From Amoebophrya sp. A120 (taxonomy: Eukaryota; Protista; Dinoflagellata), in contig CAJINV010000008.1 of assembly GCA_905178155.1 (NCBI GenBank), positions 3,229,303-3,293,302 on the forward strand: a stretch of 64,000 nucleotides of DNA, in the 5' to 3' direction. A model generated the notes under the pieces. That model saw only the letters and a list, made by a program, of their open reading frames with translations, ran no database searches and was not told the origin of the DNA. Position numbers and translations under genes: made by a program. This document shows, piece after piece, positions 59,650 through 64,000 of the stretch. Each line of letters starts with the position of its first letter. Position 1 is the first letter of the stretch.

Positions 59650-60632
59650 GTTCCCCACGACCAGGTGATTCTCTGGGTCGCTGGTCTCTGGCGTGGCTTC
59701 GCCCGCCCGCTTTACCACCATGCGCAGCAACCGGGCGCGCTGGAACTCGCGCCACATGTACGTGTTTTTCGCCTTTTTCACGCCGTACGCCCGGCGGCTC
59801 TCGTTCGGCAGCGGCGTGCCCTCGCCCGCGTGCCGCTTCTGCTCGATTTTGGACACCTCCTGTCGCCGCCTCGATGTTGAACCTGTTGTCATTGACGATA
59901 CTATGATCTTCCCATGATGTGCTACAGGTATTCGTATACATAATACATTTTTGTGCACGCCCCTTCAGATTTGTTTTACATGTCCGTGCAGCTGCACATA
60001 GAACGGCGCGAACCAACAAAATCCGCCCTGAGCCGCTCGAACCTTACAGGTCCAACTCTCTAAAGCGGTTTCTGGGTGACAAAAGACACCGTTGGGGGGA
60101 GATGGCAACATATTAATCAATTGTATTCTATCTTCCTTTCGGGAATAAGCACTTTCTTTATACTTCTTTTCCCCACTCCGAGAGCCGACGACAGCGTTCC
60201 ACTCAGGATGCCGCCTGCGCTCGGTCTTCTGGCGGGCCCCGACGCGGCACTAAGACCAGCAGAAGAACTTGGATCCGCGGTCGCCGCAGGCGTACTACCG
60301 CCGGTCGCACTTGGATCTCCCACACCTGCATCTGGGCTCTCACCTCCCTGCAGAGAGTAGATCTCTACTTCTTCCTCCAGCACCGTGGGATCCAGGTCCA
60401 TCCAGCTGTCAAGTTTGTAGATCAGCCGGGAGAGCAACAGGGCAATCACGGTACACAAAACGATCCCCACGATGGCAGAAGTCTCCATGCTATCCTCATC
60501 CAGAGCGAGCTCGCGGCGGGCCGCGCTTCTCGGGAGGAGCAACCGTGCCGTGGCCTCAACCCCGAACTTGCGATCGACCTCCTGCCACATCGTAGAGACG
60601 AAGAGTTCGTCCTGCTGTGATGCGCCCCGCAT
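59650..60632 (-). CDS. Hypothetical membrane protein exons
   Basis: GC-rich coding-like blocks 60632-60130 (helix IVGIVLCTVIALLL) and 59880-59650. Gene extent unknown. Confidence 0.45.
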
Positions 60633-62977
60633 GCGAGAAAAGAAGTGTGTTTAGTCTAACTTTGTGGTGTCGCACAGCACGCGCAATGGCTATGTACGTC
60701 TACTATCCTGCTGGTCCTTTATTACGCACGCACGATGCCGACGTCAACGTCTGTAGTTACGCTTGATTTAGATTCATTGACCTGCGGGTGTATAGCCAAT
60801 GCAAACATATTCGATTGTGCCCCCCGCACACGTAAGTATGTCGCTCCGCAGCTCGAGCTGAACAAATTCTTTGATTCCAAAAGGATTTTTCATTCCCCTC
60901 AATGTTTGTTGTCACTCTCCAAAGAAACAACGCGAAACAGATGATACCACAAACGAGACGGCCTGGCTGCAATGGCGGCCTTCTACCAAAAGCAAAACGG
61001 TAGCACTGCTGCAGAGAAACCAACGGAGATAGGCTGCGTACATATTCACGACTTAATTTCACGTGAAGTAGAGCGAAAGAAGAACACCATTCTCCAACAC
61101 CATCGTGAGCATTTGCAACAGTGTCGTGGTCCCTGAGTATGCGGCCATCATCTTTTTTCAACATAGACATTGTACTCTGCAACAGCAGTTGCAGTAGCGC
61201 CTCTGAAATAATTCCCATTTGGTGCATTTGATGCTGAGCAGCAGCAGAGGTAGAATTTCTTGTTTTCACCACAGGCTACAGAATTTCCCTGCGAAAGCTG
61301 GCTTTTTGGATCGGTCGCTCCGCCACAGACACCTCCATCATTTCGACCCCGCGGGCTGCGTATGCAAAGTGCAACCATATTCTTTCGCTTTTCGTCAACC
61401 TGGGCCTGGCTGGGAGTACAACAGGAAAAAAGCGAACTAACTTTGTCCTTCTGGTACTGCCGTGCATTTCATTTCGAAAAAATCCTCGAAGTGCCAACTG
61501 TATGCTGAACTTCAATCCAGTCGTCCCAGATAACCATGCCGCAGTTGACGTAGAGTAATATCATTGCAGTTGATACTTCGCGCAGCGACGTGATGCCCAG
61601 TTGCTGCAACAGTCCGCAAAGAATGAGGTCCCAAATATTCGTATAAACTGCAAAAAACCACGGGATGAGCGTGTCTGCAACTTCTGCTTCCAAATGCGTG
61701 GATGAAGAACAATCGCGCAATCTTGACAGCGATACTTGTCATTATCTCGGCTTCTCGCATGACAGATCGACAGCACGGGCTAAATGGGTTCGCATACAGG
61801 ATGAAAACCTCGGCATCAAGTCTGGTGTTGTACTAGGACTTGCATGGAAAATCATCTATTTCCTTGAATGCGAACGTCAAACTACTATACTTGACACGTA
61901 TTGGTAATCGTAAAAATTGAAAAATGTTTTGCCCCGGTATATACTCACTTCTACTACTTGCATTTAATATGCAGACATGCTCATTATGTGAGGGATCCAT
62001 TTCATGGCGTAATACTCGGCAAGTTCTTCGGCTGTGCTGTGCTTGATTGGCAGCAGTCGGCAGTCCTTCTGCGTATCGCACGAAAGAAAAAAATGCTTCA
62101 CTGAGGCGATCGGACTATCAGGGACTCGCATGACAAGTGATAGCGAAGGAAAGCGCCGCGAGCTGAATCTGCAATGCAAATGAATGTCCAACTCGCGCGA
62201 CAAGTTCCTTGTCGTTACATAGATTCGTGAGAGACTGCGCGCTCCATGACAAAGAAATTTCATTGTTAGTACGTGCTAGTTCGAGGCTAAACGAGCAAGA
62301 ATGCGCGCGCTTCTAGCATTTATTCTAGCTGCAAGAAAGCACATCTTCTTCTTCTATGCTGCATCGGAATGAGAAAGAGCCACTACCACCGCGACACAAG
62401 TTTTTTAGGTAGCTATAAATACAGTAAAACAATCTTTTCGTGCGATAGCGCGGAAAAGAGAAGTACTGCCCGGACTCCGTCAGTTATCCATGAAAAAAAC
62501 TATGCTGAAAAATGCAGGACAGGCGAAAAGTGTAGTCGTGCTCCATGATCATCTTCTTCAAGTAATTTATAGAAGATACGACCTCCACAACCTCAGCTGC
62601 TTGTTTCTCTTTTTCACATCAGGTACGACTACACGCTCCTGAAGAAGAGGATTTAGAGACCAAGATGTTTTATTTTTCTGTCCCCACGAGCATGGAACAA
62701 AACATACCATATCGTTCTGTGCAGCCATGCCTCATTCAGAACAGCACAATTCTTTTTCTTCGATAAAAGAACCTCGACATTTTTTGCGACGTGACGCCTC
62801 CTAGCCGCGTCGAACTCGTCTTCCAGGACTACGCGACTTGGATTTGTCTTGCTGCCCTGCTATGCAAAAAAACACCTCGGGATGAGTATGACTGTACGTT
62901 GCAGACGACGCAAGACAGCTACACTTGCCATGCTGCACAACACGCGTACTTAATGGGTGACTCCATGCAAGTTCTTT

Positions 62978-63890
62978 TCACGACGTAGCCACACATGGCA
63001 AGTTTTCCCAGTTGTCGTAATTCTGTTCCTGTTGTAACCGTAAGTGCAAGTAGTTGTTCGCCGAAAATAAAGTCATACACAAAACAGAGTTTTTTTTCTT
63101 GGATACCGGCGGCTGCTGCGAATCTACTCCAAAAAAAATTGCAGGTGCGCCGATGCTATCATTTCTGTTCTCGTGTTCAGCATCCACGGTGGTTTTGCTT
63201 TTTCCTCCCTCTTCTCTCGCATCCACGACGACAGTTTTGCCGTCAGTGTTCCCGCCAGGACGCAGTGCCAAATTACCGGCGTCTCTTTTGCTTGTCCTCG
63301 CCGCGTGTGTACTACCTCCGGCGGCGGCTTGAATGACAACAACATCAGCCCCGCGGTCCTCGCACGCTCGAATCAAGTCCGGCTTCTCGAGGACCGATGT
63401 AGAAGTTGCACTTTCCGCCCTGTTGGTACCTGATCCATGATGTGATTTGGGTAGCATTTTGCTGTATCGTGGCGCGAACACAAACTTCTTCCCAAATCCC
63501 CAGAACGCTGGCGCCCCTCGACGGCTGCCAGCTTTACTTTGTATGTTCTCAAAGGTCACACCCTTCATACTGGTGCTGAACTCCGGCTCTGTATCAGTAA
63601 AGGCGTATCTGCGCTGCTTCGCAGCGTCTTGTGTACTACTAGATACAGCAGCGAGGCGTGCAGCAGGGACCGCACCGCGACGTCCGCGCCACAGAGGTGG
63701 CTGCGGACGTCGCACTTGTCCGCCCACAGACGTGGGTCGAACCGTGCTCCAGCACTGCGACGAGAGGTCGCAGCGCCGGGTGCAACAGAGGCTGCAACAA
63801 GTCCCGAACCCTCCCCAACAGAGGTCGCTAGCGGGCAGTGGCGGGCCACTGCGTCGCCGGAGAGAGGGGCCACGAGCCCGCTAAATCATA
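62978..63890 (-). CDS. Hypothetical low-complexity protein, partial model
   Basis: Ala/Gly/Ser-rich ORF 62978-63727 with coding-like composition extending toward 63890. No family recognised. Confidence 0.35.
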
Positions 63891-64000
63891 TATATTCGCG
63901 TCATAGACGTCAGGATGTGCCTTGCTAGTGTGTGAACATAAAATAAGATGAGTAACAAGCCGCGCGTGCTTCTCTAGCATGCGCGCGCCATCTTCGCCGC

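Overview
Eukaryotic, intron-rich genomic DNA that looks most like a dinoflagellate-lineage parasite such as Amoebophrya/Syndiniales (inferred from gene structure, not proven). Every host gene I can recognise is on the minus strand: a C2-domain protein, cytochrome b5, an SLC35F6-like transporter, a KDEL protein disulfide isomerase, a degenerate metallophosphoesterase membrane protein, a PPIP5K/Vip1 homologue, a very large low-complexity protein, a membrane GNAT and several unknowns. The 3' end of a Ty1/copia retrotransposon is on the plus strand at the left edge. The main signal is a set of 16 short elements (133-369 bp, one enlarged by a nested insertion) with terminal inverted repeats, consensus termini TAT...ATA and 5-bp flanking direct repeats. 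Fifteen lie inside coding sequence, and removing the element plus one repeat copy restores the reading frame and conserved motifs in all 15. They therefore look like transposon-derived non-canonical introns (introners) from several sequence families that share a TGTNATGC motif. One has a Tourist/Harbinger-like MITE nested in its inverted repeat. Exon structures were read by eye and need transcript confirmation.
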